Positions 38,400 through 51,829 of a stretch of DNA of 64,000 bases are shown here, piece by piece. Source of the DNA: Octopus bimaculoides (Eukaryota); NCBI RefSeq assembly GCF_001194135.2, contig NC_068991.1:49897916-49961915 (forward strand). The letters are read 5' to 3'. The notes under the pieces were generated by a model. That model searched no databases, was not told where the DNA came from, and worked only from the letters and a program-made list of their open reading frames with translations. A program made the translations under genes and the position numbers. Numbering within the stretch: position 1 is the stretch's first letter; each line of letters starts with the position of its first letter.

Positions 38400-39650
38400 A
38401 ATTGTACAATCCCCACCACAAATGTAAAGAAACTAACAATATATAAATAAAAATTAACCATCCTAGAGTGGTTATCATATCCATTATCAATAACGTATCA
38501 GGATATCTAGAATATCCACAAAAAAGGGAGAGCATGCAGAATGCTCAATATTGCAATGAAGCTTTGTCTGACAAGATCAGGTTATGGAGTGAGGATCTCT
38601 TATATGTCTGAGGAGAACAAAGCTGTACACTACTGATCACACTCAGAAGCCATTAAAACCTAGGGTATCAGGCCAAGGCTTATACTGAGTTATGGTGGAA
38701 CGAATAACCATACCATTAGAAAAATGAAAAACAATTTTATTCAACATCCCATCAACACCACCACTATCAACCAACCATTTCCTGCAGACAGGACTAATCC
38801 AAGAATCTTAGATTCCTGCAATATGTGCACTAGGGAAAGACCAATTCAGTTGACTCCCTCTCATGGTAATGCATCTGAAGCTTTTAAGGGTGTCATACCT
38901 GAAAGAAACAATTGTCTGACCAAACATTCCAGCAGTAGGTTACAATATATAATTGCTACCAGCAAGGTTCTCAACATTAAGTTTTAACAAATCCTATTCA
39001 GTATTCTGGCATAATGGGACAAATTTAACAACTACCACTAAATCCAGTGGTCAGGTGAATTTAGATTATACACATAAAGTGTGTAGAAATAAACTACATA
39101 ATGGTTCAATCTTCCACTCGAGAGAAAACATAGCTACAGATATACCTGGTATCTTTTACAGGGCCCTCAATAAGTTATTTCCACCAACACACAGATACAA
39201 GTTATTTAACAGGAACAAATTATTGTACTCCACCACACTTAACTTGACGAACAATACAGCTGCCATGTACAATAGAAAACTGTATGCTAATACTTCTAGG
39301 GGTCCAATAAACCTTTCAGCAGAACATGTTAATATTAAATCTGACACAATAGTGGATCTTCAAGATCGCCCACAATGGAGCATAGAAAACTACCGAGCAG
39401 AACTTTCATAGGACCTGTAAAGAAACCTAATCTTATTGGTCCCCTACCCAAATGCCAATCTATGTAGATGTAAAATCTCTTCTAAATTTCTGCTAGCTAA
39501 TCAGTACCTGAGAAGGTAGATAATTTATAATAGCAGTTTACCCACTAATACAGAATCCTTTTATTACATAGGGCAACATATCCATTTAAATGAGAATTTT
39601 ACAACCACACTCATTCATTTAAGAGTCTAGATAAGTGCAAATATACATCT
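38400..39650 (+). mobile_element. Penelope-like retroelement relic
   Basis: ORF 38953-39411 contains FHSRENIATDIPGIFYRALNKLFPPTHRYKLFNRNKLLYSTTLNL, similar to the Penelope RT-to-endonuclease linker (NVxTNIGKxFLxLIDKHFP...KIFNRNTVKVSYS). The boundaries are approximate. Confidence 0.7.
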
Positions 39651-39659
39651 CTGGCTGAA

Positions 39660-39861
39660 CTGATATGGGACTTACGACTGCAGCCATACTGAGGCACCAT
39701 CTTGAAAAATTTTAGTTGAATGAATCGATCCCAGTATTTTTTCTGTTTTTAAAGCCTGGTACTTATTCTGTCGATCTCTTTTGCTGAACCATTCAGATAA
39801 AGGAATGTAAACACACCAACACCAGTTGTTAAGCACTGGTGGGGGAACTCACACATGATTG

Positions 39862-39927
<66 letters not shown>

Positions 39928-40092
39928 GGCAGGTTTCTTTCACTTTCTATCTACCAAATCCACTCACAAGGCTTTGGTCGGTCTGAGACTATAGCAGAAG
40001 ACACTTGCTCAAGGTGCCACACAGTGGGACTGAACCTGGAACCATGTGGTTGGGAAGCAAGCTTCTTGCCACACAGCCATGCCTGTGCCTAT
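39660..40092 (-). mobile_element. SINE family 1 copy with long internal (TA)n
   Basis: Same head, body and tail modules on the reverse strand. Confidence 0.85.
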
Positions 40093-40539
40093 ATATTATT
40101 GAAAAAAATTTTTTTGTTTATTCATCCTTAAACCCCAATGCTCTCGTGGGATTTGTATAAGTAAAAGGAAAATTAGCCTATGAACAACTATCCCCTTACC
40201 CAATTGTGTTCATTTCTGACTGTTAAAGATATCAGCTTCTCATTTTATGGAATCTCAGGTTACATAACTGAGTCCCAGCATCACAACATTTACTTTCTTA
40301 TATTAACTAGTGGGTGGCAGTCATTGGGATACTCAGACTAACATAGAACACTTCCAACTTCATCACACTAGGACATCTCAAATCACCTCTTCTCAACCCT
40401 GCAAGTGGTCCCATTATTTACTTTCTGTCTTTTCAACACAGTGGTTTTAAATAAATTACTAAATAGCTAACAGTTAAGCTAGTTGTTTACCTAATTTTTC
40501 ACACCAATATTTAAGTTTAATCAGAATTTAAACATTCTC

Positions 40540-41185
40540 AGCTCTGTCTTAACTTCCTTTATTTGTTTTTAGCCCACTCATTCCAACAAAATGTGTTTTT
40601 ACCTCTCTCATCTCATTGCTGAGATCAAGGCTCATAAGTCAAAACTATGATGTCTGTCTGGTCATTTTCTCTTCCCCTATCCTTCCTGTCCTATATCTGA
40701 TTTCAGGCTCCAACCATATAATAAATGATAATATCTCAACTATCACCTGAGTTTTATTGCCAATGAGGTCCCTCCATCATCTGCAACTCCACTACATCCC
40801 CTCCCCATCATAGGGTCTCAAGATGGTATCAATTACATTCTCTATTTTTCAATCCACAAAACTCCCATCTTCTACCATTAATAGAACTGCTTCTATTATT
40901 TTTATATCTGGGGTTTGTTCCTTAATGGTCTCATTTCTGGTAGTATACCCTTATTTCAATTTATTGTTAACCATCAGATTCTTCTTCTTCCACTTAAACT
41001 TTTTTTCTTTTAATTATTGTCCTGCTTTTATCCATCTTCATTCATTTTTATTTGTATTTTATACTGGTGATTGCCAAAACAGACAGTGAAGCCTAATGCA
41101 GTCTTCTTCCTAGCCAGCTCCAGTCAAACCATCCAATCCATGCCAGCATGAAAAAAACAGACATATGATGATGATGATGATGACT
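40540..41185 (+). mobile_element. RTE 3' UTR and (GAT)n tail
   Basis: Pyrimidine-rich tract, then ccagtcaaaccatccaatccatgccagcatgaaaaaaacagacatatgatgatgatgatgatga. Confidence 0.6.
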
Positions 41186-41397
41186 GACTGCCATGTTTCT
41201 TCCTTGTATAAGCAATATACAATACAATGCACAATGTTGATGCCAGTTTGAGGAAGAGCTACTTGAAAATAACCAACTACATATATTGCATAACTTTTAA
41301 CATGGAGTCATTTACATGCAATGGCATTAGAAACTCAGTAATACCAAAACAGCTGTAACTGATAAGATGCTCTAAATTCATTCTTCACCTTAACTTG

Positions 41398-41437
<40 letters not shown>

Positions 41438-41479
41438 AGTTATAGATACCTTTTATCTTGAAAAGAGAATGAAAGAAAT

Positions 41480-42300
41480 GAAGCAAGTATGCTATAATAG
41501 ATGAGTAATGTTAGTGTACATGAACACCAGAGTACAAAAGTGCTAAGAGAAAATTGTGCATAAGAGGAACCAATGTAGCAGAAGAGTGGAGGTTGCATTA
41601 GTTTGGCTATATATAATGCATATGGAGGGTGAATATTGCATAAAGAAGTGATGAAAACTCCAAGCTAATAGAACTATAGGATGAAGTGATGTAGGCTGAT
41701 CTAAAGGTTTTGCATCCCACTGTGATGACAAATAACCAAATTGATGAGAAGACCCAATCACCAGCAAAACATACCATGACACAAGGATAGTGGGTTTAGA
41801 ACCGGAGGTAGTATGTACTCTGCTAAGCATACATCTTGTTTTTGCCCCTCCTCAACTCACACTCTTTAAACCCCTTTCATCACACTATTTCTTATTTCAT
41901 TCCTTCACGAGGCCTATATCAATTATCAATGTACTGGAGACTGCATTGGTCTGCTATCATCTCTTCTCACTAGGCCAACGTATATGAGACTGCATTGGAC
42001 CATCCTCACATCTTTATAATCCCATTTTTCTATTGCATTACCTTTACCCACTTCTTTACTACTAACCATCACACTTTCAACTCTCTCAACTTTCTATTGC
42101 CATTCCCTTATCGTATCCCATCACTCACCCTTAACTTTGTCCACATCTGTTTTTGCCAATCACTTCCCACTGAATTTCACCCCATATAAACTTGCTGCTT
42201 ACATCACACCACTGCCCTTTTCTTCCATGTAGCTATCCTGATCCCTCTATAACCACTCTTCCAACTCCATCCTTGGTCATCTAAGCAAATGTACACACCC
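41480..42300 (+). mobile_element. RTE ORF2 C-terminus and 3' UTR fragment
   Basis: Degenerate RLH*FGYIMHMEGEYCIKK motif followed by a pyrimidine-rich UTR. Confidence 0.6.
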
Positions 42301-42319
42301 AAGTTTACGGAGTTCTCTC

Positions 42320-45150
42320 GGCTATTACTCTACTCACCGCCACGCTTCACCCACTTTTGGTCTCGCTCCTCTCCTATTTCCCCTCCCAGGTCGATATGTT
42401 TCAGCTCTGAGTGGTCTCTACAGTGACCCATGTACAAGGCACCAACCCTCCTGTGGTTCCACAACAAAGCTGACAAACCCCTCCACGCTTACAGTGGCCG
42501 GCGGGAGATAGATAAAGAGAGAGAGAGATGCTGTCGTGCTGGTACCACAAAATATAGCTAATATCCTTAGTATAGTAAAGTGGTTGGCAAATAAGCAAAG
42601 AATGATAAGACTTACGAAGTTTCCTCTATTCATCCTCTAGTGTTGATGTTCCCCGACCACCAAAACAAACAAACAAACAAAAAAACACCCAATATACTCA
42701 GGAAAGTGGTTTGTGATAGGAAAATGTTAAATATGCAATTTGGTGCGTCTAGTTTACTCTGGTCATTAACATCAGTGGGTTTATAAAGAGAGAATTGCTG
42801 AAGGGGGTGCACAGCCGCTGGCAAGATACAAAACAGTTGATTGCCGTTACGTTTTTGTTTTTTTTTCTTCTGTCCATGAGTATGTTGTTCGTTGACGCAA
42901 TATTTACATTCATTATAACATACAATATTGGCTAAAAGAAACCCCACAGATATGTCATAAGTACAACATAGTATACATACATATATACACGTGTGTCTGT
43001 ATGTATCCAATATACGTACACATACGCACATACACGTGTGTATACGTATGCGTAAACGAATCGATTAGCGGAGTAAACTTGCATGTTAGAAATATTAACG
43101 TATAAAACGCATTCAGACAAATAGTGAATGAGCAACACAAAAGAATAAAAAAAGCAACTGTAAATTAATGCGTTCTTTTTTTTTTTCACAAATATTAAAA
43201 GAAATAAACTGGACAGAAAAATGCAGTAATTGAACACGTACATACCCAAAATATCCATTTTTGTGACCTTTCCAACAGTTATAACATGATTCCTGGTAGT
43301 AATCTAGTTATTACACTATTATTGTAAGTATAAACCCGGTGTTTATATTGCACTTGCTTTAAAAGAGCAACCACGATACTATAAATAATGAATAACAAAC
43401 AAGAACAACATCGACTTTGTCGAAGCTAATTAAATCGGCTGAGAGGATCCTGGTTGTAGAAAAGGTTGGGGGAAATTGCATAACTTATTTGTCGATAAGT
43501 CCGTGTCAGTAGTAATAATAAAAATAATAATTTTACATTATAACAAAAATAAATAGTAACTTGTAGACGACAGCTGGTTCAAAAATTGCTTCAGATATTC
43601 TTAACTCGAACGACAACATAGAAGCACAACCACCTAAAGGAGGCAGACGGGGAAATTTAGAAATGAACTGACAGTCACTCAGTCAATAAATATAAATAAA
43701 TGTAAATGTAAATAAATAAATAAATAAAAAGCAGTCAGATAATCGATAAGTTTAAAGTATGTCAGAAACACCTTTAACACACACTATCGACTGATGAAAG
43801 GTAAAAAAAAAAAAAAAAGATTAAAAAAAAAATCAACCTTAGCAGGGTTTGAACCCAAACTAAAAGGTCGAAACTCTGGCAAGCGCTGTATTGTTTACCA
43901 ACTGAAATGAAGTGATTGTCGCAATATATTGCATGATGTTCATTAGTTAGCTCACTGGAAGGACAACAAGAGAAAACTGATCCCGAATAGTGAACTCCGC
44001 CGGCCAGGGATCTCTCTCCAAAAATCAAGAAAATGATTTTGTTTGGCACATGACATTACTGTTTGGAAACAGGAAAATGTAGAATGCGTTGACAGACCCC
44101 TCATGCTTTAAAAATGCTCTGCCAAAACATAAATGAGGTGACATGGCTTTTAAAAGTCTTCTCTGCATGTAAGGCGCATTTCCTACACAAACAGCACCAA
44201 AAAATAATTTTTAAAATGTCAAATAAAAAAACAAATCACCTCAGGTCCTATATGCAAAGCTGAGTCGATAATTACGTGTTTTAATGAACTAGAATCTTTC
44301 TTTTTTCCCGAAATTGAAGTACCTCTAACATGCCTGCCTACCTTTTATGCCATCAAATACACTACGTGGTCTCCGTCCTTCGAAACACTTTTTCTTTTTG
44401 TTTTTACTATACAAAAGTTAGGTAAGAATCATAAAAAAAATTGTCACTAATTTCATAAGTAATAGAAATTTGAACAAATGATAAAGTGACCTTTTCTTTG
44501 TATTATTTGCAGAAACCGGTCGCTTAAGTACAACGAACGTGTTAGGTCTATATTGGTTAACAATATAGAAAAGACAGAGCAGTGCAACTATATAATCGAG
44601 GAGGGAAAGGAAGAACATTCAACTGAAAAAATATTTATAGTTTTTCGTCAGTAAGGTTGCCTACAATGTTTTTATATTAGCAAACTCCACGCTTATAGAA
44701 CACTTGAAAGGAACTTCTGCCTGATCGTTCGCCCTTTTAGAAATATCAGCTGACTCTCAAATCATACTATTGTCTTAGAAAAGAAGGACAAATCGGATAA
44801 AGAAGTTTTGCATTCAAGTGCGTCCGGGGAAAGGAACAGAAAATTGCTCCCTGTTACCATTAGGCCAGCCCTGATCACAGACTATGACAACAATAATCGG
44901 TATTTCTTTCATTTTATAATCAGAAAATTATGTAAATAACGAAGACACTGATCGGCAACCTCCAGGCGGATGAGTTGCTTTCTCTGTCTTTTGTTTTACC
45001 TCAAAATAATTTCTTCAGTTTTCTATGCTTCAACACCAAAGTTTATGCTTTTCAAATTTCAATTTCTACTCATCCTTATGTTTTTGTTAACTTTCTGCGA
45101 AATATTTTTAGGGTATTCTAATGTTAATAGCACGGGGAAAAAAATTATAT
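42320..45150. promoter_or_regulatory. CpG-retaining island inside the 39-kb intron; candidate internal promoter
   Basis: Dozens of CpGs by eye in apparently non-repeat sequence, compared with sparse CpG in the flanks. Contains minus-strand splice-like signals. Confidence 0.45.
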
Positions 45151-47474
45151 TTCAATTTAACAAATGCCGATTGCTTATAATTTCCTACTTTCATTAAGTG
45201 ATCATAAAATAATATAACAAACACTACATTCTGTCAAAATGATCGTCTCTCAGTAATTTCTGAGTGATTACTTCTAGCTTCAAATCACAGAAAACTGAGC
45301 CAAAAAATTACAAAAAGATGCATGTTGACATTTGACCTAAGGTCAACCACGCCATCTGTCAAAACTTTGGTTCCAACAACTTATAAATAAAAGAGTGTTT
45401 TGCATACAATAATATTTAAAAGTTGAAACATTATTTTTCATGTGATTAACATGTAGGTGATTCTCCCCATTAATACATGGATTATGACTAATTGTTAATC
45501 TTATGCCTAAGTCCAAGACACAAAGGATAATCCTTTTACTTCAAAAGGTAGTGTGACAAGAGTTATTATGTTCAAACATTTCTGAAAGCTATCAATGAGA
45601 TAAATGAAAATTCTTCCCATTAGGTCACAGATTTAGTGCCCAGGAGTTTGGCCAAATCTCATACGATCTGCTAGAAATAGCAGTCAAATCTCCCTTAAAT
45701 CATACCCTATAAAAAGGGATGGACATGTTGGATAAGGTTATCGTAGTTACAATAATTTACAAGAAAAAAAAAAAAAAGACTGAATTATCCTGAGTGGAAC
45801 ATAACATTTTTGATGAAAGTCTACTCCATTAAGTGAACCTATCAAATTTGTTTTGATTACTTTAAAATTCTGATTAAATTGTTTTCATCCAATTTTATTT
45901 TCATTAAGATGTAATTTATTCAATTTGGCAGTCTACTTCAAATGCCTCAGTTGAGCTGCTAGGACTTTTTCCAGACCCACCCCACACTCTCTACATTAAT
46001 AATTTTCCAAATGTTTTGTCAATCAGAAACATCCAGCAAATAATATTCCAGTGTCTTTACTATCACCCTAGATAATAAATACTCTCTAGGATGGGTCAAT
46101 TCCATAAATTATTCAAGGCACCACTGAAAACCATGTCTTGAAGAAGTTATTCAAGACAGTAAATATACTTTGCCTACACCTGGCCAACAAGGGGTTTAAG
46201 TTAAGTACTAACAGCTAATAAAATACATGTCAACTTTGCAATGCTTTCAGCAGTTACAGTGAATTTTGCCAGTAAAAGTTGAATGTCTTAACTATGAACA
46301 TAAAGCAGAAACAATGATAGAATATCAATTTAATTTCTTTGGTGGTGGTCACAAACTATCTACACTCTTAGACTACAACTGCTAAATATGCATATTTTTT
46401 CAATCTTTGAGGAATGATAGCTAAGTTCAGATTTCTGGTGAAATTCAAAGACCAGAAAGAATAAAATTAAATACAGAGTGCTATCTCACCTGGGGCTTGT
46501 GTGTTAAACAGAAAAGTCTAGATCCTTATTTTGGTGTTGGATGCAACCACTTCATGATGACTTCGCCACCACCACTCATATCATTTCTAGCTGCTCCTAT
46601 TATCCAATAGGAGCGATACCACTGGGTCACCCCAACGATCCTTATCATACTCTCTCCTGGTATTATTTCCTTTCCATGACTCCCCACCACCATTAGAATG
46701 GTCTTCTCTTACCTTCTACCACCCTTTCACAACCATGTCTATTCCTCTCATTCACCATACACTTTAGCTCAGCTGATGCCTCCTTCTACTCTACTCCACC
46801 CCACTCCCAGAGTCGTGATGGCTCTCGAGTTTTGTGAGTTAGCAGGCAATCTCTCCAATAAAATACAATAAAATGCACCTGGTACACACTGTAACGTAAC
46901 TGGCATCAGGAAGGGCATTCAGCTGTAAAAACCTTGCCAAAATGAGACACACAATATATACATGTATACACATCGGTATATGTATATGCGTGTGGGTGTG
47001 TTCACTGCTTGACAACTGAGACATGCTTGTTTAGCGATTTAGGGGGGAAATACAAAGATAAGTACCAGACTCAAAATATGTACTGTGTTGATTTACTTAT
47101 CTCAACAAAACAGTGCTCCAGCATGGCCACAGACCAACAGTTGAAAGAGTAAATAAATGATTTTACATTACATTATATATCTTAACAAACACAGCAGTTA
47201 TATGTGTGCTATGTCAAGTTTCCTGCTCCAACAATGCAGTAACTGAATAGACATAAAATGCTGAAGCAAGCATCTTATGCATAATTCCTATGGTCATTAA
47301 AATGATATCTACCACGCATTGAACTGAGAGCTTTTTTGCTAGCCCTAATAAGCAAAGAGTATATCATATATATATGTAGTAATAATATTAGGGAATAAAA
47401 ACTTATTCCAACCTTACAGGCAAAAATCGGTATAATATTACACCGGGTTTCGTAATATATAATATATATGTATA

Positions 47475-47889
47475 TAACTAATTTAGAGACGAACCACCAC
47501 TCTACAACTCAGTCGACCAAGAACCAGTCCGAAACCATGTTGTGAGGCATATACCATATCAATATTTATCTAAGATTTTAATCTAAAATTTTAATAATAT
47601 ATAGTATATCATATAAAGAAACATTCATCATAAAAATATTAGTTTAAAAATCAAAATCATAAATAGGACAGTAAAAATTAATACAATAATATAATTTACT
47701 GTCCTATTTATAATTTTGATTTTTAAACTAATATTTTTATGATGAATGTTTCTTTATATGATATACTATATATTATTAAAATTTTAGATTAAAATCTTAG
47801 ATAAATATGGTATATGCCTCACTACATGGTTTTGGATGGGTTCTTGGTTGACTGAGTTGTAGAGTGGTGGTTCATCTCTAAATTAGTTA
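47475..47889. repeat. Long near-perfect palindrome
   Basis: 47475-47680 is the reverse complement of 47692-47889 apart from a few substitutions and one 6-bp indel; the loop is about 11 nt; it abuts an N gap. Confidence 0.95.
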
Positions 47890-48013
47890 CNNNNNNNNNN
47901 NNNNNNNNNNNNNNNNNNNNNNNNNNNNNNNNNNNNNNNNNNNNNNNNNNNNNNNNNNNNNNNNNNNNNNNNNNNNNNNNNNNNNNNNNNNNNNNNNNNN
48001 NNNNNNNNNNNNN

Positions 48014-48153
48014 CACACACACACACACACACACGCACGCGCACACGCGCACACGCGCACACGCGCACACGCGCACACGCGCACACGCGCACACACGCAC
48101 ACACGCACACACGCACACACGCACACACACACACACATATATATATACACACA
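48014..48153. repeat. Compound (CA)n/(CACGCG)n microsatellite at a gap edge
   Basis: Direct inspection. Confidence 0.9.
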
Positions 48154-48465
48154 CACTTCAACTGCCTTTATGTACATGAAGTACCTTAGATAAATCTAGA
48201 ACCAATGAGTTCATTTACATGGGAAAATATGATGATGATGGTGTTATATTTAAGTGAAAAGTGAAGCTCCAAAGTGCCAATCAATATGACAGTGTGGGTG
48301 GGGAGAAATAACCCAACCCCTTCCCTGAACAGTCATGTTAGGCAGCAAATGAAATGTTTTGGTTTGTGAACCTTTTTTTCATTTTTTTATTTTTAGATGC
48401 AGTCAAATGTCTCAAGGTCATGTGTATAGCAACACATTTCTCAAGCAATTGTATGAAGTGTTTTC

Positions 48466-48870
48466 CAGTTACACAGAAGCTTAGTATTTGGATGGCAGTT
48501 TTATCTTTTGTTTCATCATTAGATTGCAGCCATGCTGGGGCACTGCCTTGAAGAATTTTTAATTGAATGAATTGACCCCAATATTTTTTTCTTTAAAGCC
48601 TGGTTTCTTATTCTATCAATCCTTTTTGCCAAACTGCTAAGTTACAGGGATGTAAACACACTAACATTAGTTGTCAAGCCAAAGTAGGGGACAAACACAG
48701 ACACACATATGTAGACATATATATACACACACACACACACACACAGGCTTCTTTCAGCTTCTGTCTACCAAAGCCATGCAAGGCTTAGGTCAACCCAAGG
48801 TACCAGGTAGTGGGACTGAACCCAGAACCATGTGGTTGGGAAGCAAGCTTCTTGCCACACAGCAGGCAAT
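48466..48870 (-). mobile_element. SINE family 1 copy
   Basis: Same modules on the reverse strand, with internal (CA)n. Confidence 0.8.
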
Positions 48871-50713
48871 ATTATTATCACATATCGTAAGGTCACTATG
48901 AGGATGTGGAGCTTAGTATCTGTAGTGACTGTTTAATTGTATTGTTCAGGTATAGAGATATGTGATACAGGACCATTTTCTTTATATGTGATACAAACCA
49001 TGTCTTGGCATTATTGAAGGAGACTGTATTATCATGACTCAGTTGAGGCATGTTTCTGATGTCTCTAAGGGAAGCAGCAGGTCTGGCATTGAATATTTAG
49101 TTGGCACATGTATAATGCCTAGGCACCGAAGATTTAGAAGTAAAATGTATTATCGGCCTAAATGCATGTTTAAGATAGCCTTGGTCCTTTGAGATAGTTT
49201 TCAAGCAAAATGAAGACAACAATAAGTGAACATACTAAATAACAGTTTTATGCAGTTTTACATTTTTTCATATTTCATCTAAAATTGTCAATTTTTGAGT
49301 TCAGAGTCCATTGCAACCAGAAAGCATACCCTTGCAATATTTAACTGGGCTAACAACAGGAACCACACTCATTTCATGGTAAAGTGATTAGCATTATAAA
49401 ATTCATCCAGCTATAAAAACAAATATACCAACAGTTGAAGGCGAGGTAAAATTGTACATTATGAAGAAAGTAAGAATATTTGGCAACTCTCTTCTCCGGT
49501 GATACATAAGAAAAATATAAACTCACACTGACAGAATATACCGAAAATAAAGTGACACTTAACAGATGGTAGCTATTTTGGTCGATACAATTTTAAATAA
49601 AAAGAAACAATAACTTAGACACTAATTCCTGAACATTTCTATTTGGAGCTTGACCTATTTGATTATAATAATATGAAGACAGGCTAGATAAACAGATGCA
49701 GTGAGCAGACCAGATCAGGACACACTACCAGGGAAGAGTACAAAGACATGAGCAAAGCCAGCACAGAAAGATCATCTACTGACCAAGAAAGTTTGCCCAG
49801 AGAGAGAAAGCATTGACATGGGAGCTGAATGCATGCTACTTGTCTCTAAATTATAAAATTTTTTTTTTTTTTTTTTTTTTGTAAAATTATAAGAATCCTT
49901 TTCCACACCATTCTTAATAGTGACAAAAACTCAAATGAATTTCTTTCATTATAGTAACGTTTATGTTAAGAGCTAACCTGGTTAATTCGAGTCACAGGAC
50001 AATGCTTCCTGTAACACCTAAAACGTTTTGCCACACAACACAACCCAGTGTACAGACCAAACAGCTTTTTATTCTTATCAGGTCACAGCCATTACTGATA
50101 AGACACTGTCACTGCAGTGAGGTCATTGGTCCTGCAAGATTTCTCATGTCAATCCTACAATGAATACACCCATTGCACTTTCACAGTAGTGTCTAGAAAG
50201 GGTATCTTGTAATAAGATTTCAACCATATGAAATAAGTAGGACACAGATGTTACTGATGATGTTCAGAGAAAAACATTACCATGCAGTTAGAGCAGTGAT
50301 TAGAAATACAACTTAAAGATATTTCTTTCCTTTTGCTAGTTTGAAGAATATTAAGGTGATTGTGACAAGTCTTTCACGGGTCAACTCTGAGACAAGATCA
50401 TTGATATATAAGAGAAAGCGTAAAATATGTCTAAGACATTTTTTAACTTGTGTGTATAGGGGAAGCACTAAGTAATAATATCCTTGACATTTGAAAATAT
50501 TAATGATAGTCTCATCAGCTGACTGCTTGTCATTGTAGTGAATCTGATAACCTAGCTATCAAAAAAACCTATATCCTGGCAAAGTATATTCTATATTTCT
50601 AAAAGAATCTGAACAGCATGCTAACACAGTTATTCATTAGTTGAATACTAATTCCTACTGCTTCGAGTACTTAGTCATTCTTATAGCTATACCCAGGCTC
50701 CAACTGCTTAGAG

Positions 50714-50964
50714 TAGTAGTTCTCAACCATTTTTTATCTATGGACTCCTTTGATTCTTATTTCACTCAGGTGGATCCTTATAGCCATTCAAGGTTTAAAA
50801 AATCCTATTATATTCTTATAATTAAATATTATTAGGAATTATATAAAAAGAAATTTAAATATTTCATGTATTGGAAAACTACAACCAATTTATTGCACAA
50901 ATTTTAACAGTAAAATCTTAAATGGAGCCCCAAAGTTCATAAGGAGCCTGGTTGAGAACCACTA
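50714..50964. mobile_element. hAT/Charlie-type MITE
   Basis: TIRs tagtagttctcaacc and ggttgagaaccacta; 8-bp TSD gcttagag / gcttaaag (7 of 8 match). Confidence 0.85.
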
Positions 50965-51386
50965 GCTTAAAGTATTGAGAAGTTCTTATAACTACAGTCT
51001 GAGAGACTGAGGTGTCTTTGCTATAGGTACAGTTCTACCAAAGGTAGAAACATTAGACTCAATCAAATACTTCCCTATTTTGCTTTGAAAGCAGACAAGA
51101 AACCAATGTGGATGGGTGCAGAACAACGTCTGAGTTGTAATTCTAGTCTAGAAACCAATTATAATACAAATTATTAATTAAAATAAAATCTTTATTCAAG
51201 TTAGAGAAACATCATTGATTTGTTTTCTGAATTTTATAAAAATAAATTCAGCATCTTTAATTACTGAAAAGCTAAAATGGTTTTCCCCCTGCAATTATGA
51301 ACACAATTGCTTTTACTTTCTGGTGCTGAATTACTCTCTGCAATTACTAGAACACATTCAACATTTCATATTTGCCAACATCTACA

Positions 51387-51612
51387 TAAGCTGGCAGAAT
51401 CGTTAGCACACCGGGCGAAATGCTTAGCGGTATTTCGGCTGCCGTTATGTTCTGAGTTCAAATTCCACTGAGGTCAATTTTGCCTTTCATACTTTCGGGG
51501 TCAATTAAATAAGTACCAGTTAGGCACTGGGGTCAATGTAATCAACAATCCCTTTGTCTGTCCTTGTTTGTCCCCTCTATGTTTAGCCTCCTGTGGGCAA
51601 TAAAGAAATAAA
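51387..51612 (+). mobile_element. CORE-type SINE (family 3)
   Basis: tRNA-like head plus a CORE-like domain ttgcctttcatactttcggggtcaattaaataagtaccag, with an A-rich tail. Confidence 0.8.
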
Positions 51613-51829
51613 CATCTACATAATTCTTGAAGTATTTCAAAAAGAACACCTTGGAACCAAATTAGTTTGGGATAATTTATTTTAAGAGATTTTAATTTGA
51701 AATAAAATAAAGTGGAGATTACAATTAATGAGAATGAGAGCATACATTCAACAGATGGAAGACCACAATTTTGAACTTATTTTTTGACAAAACTAAATAT
51801 TCTTATACACAAATTTAATTATCATCATT

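Noticed and set aside
43774-44049. 91-aa ORF as an EML first coding exon
   Set aside because: It starts at GTG, has an in-frame TAA just upstream and no in-frame ATG; kept only as a splice-signal candidate.
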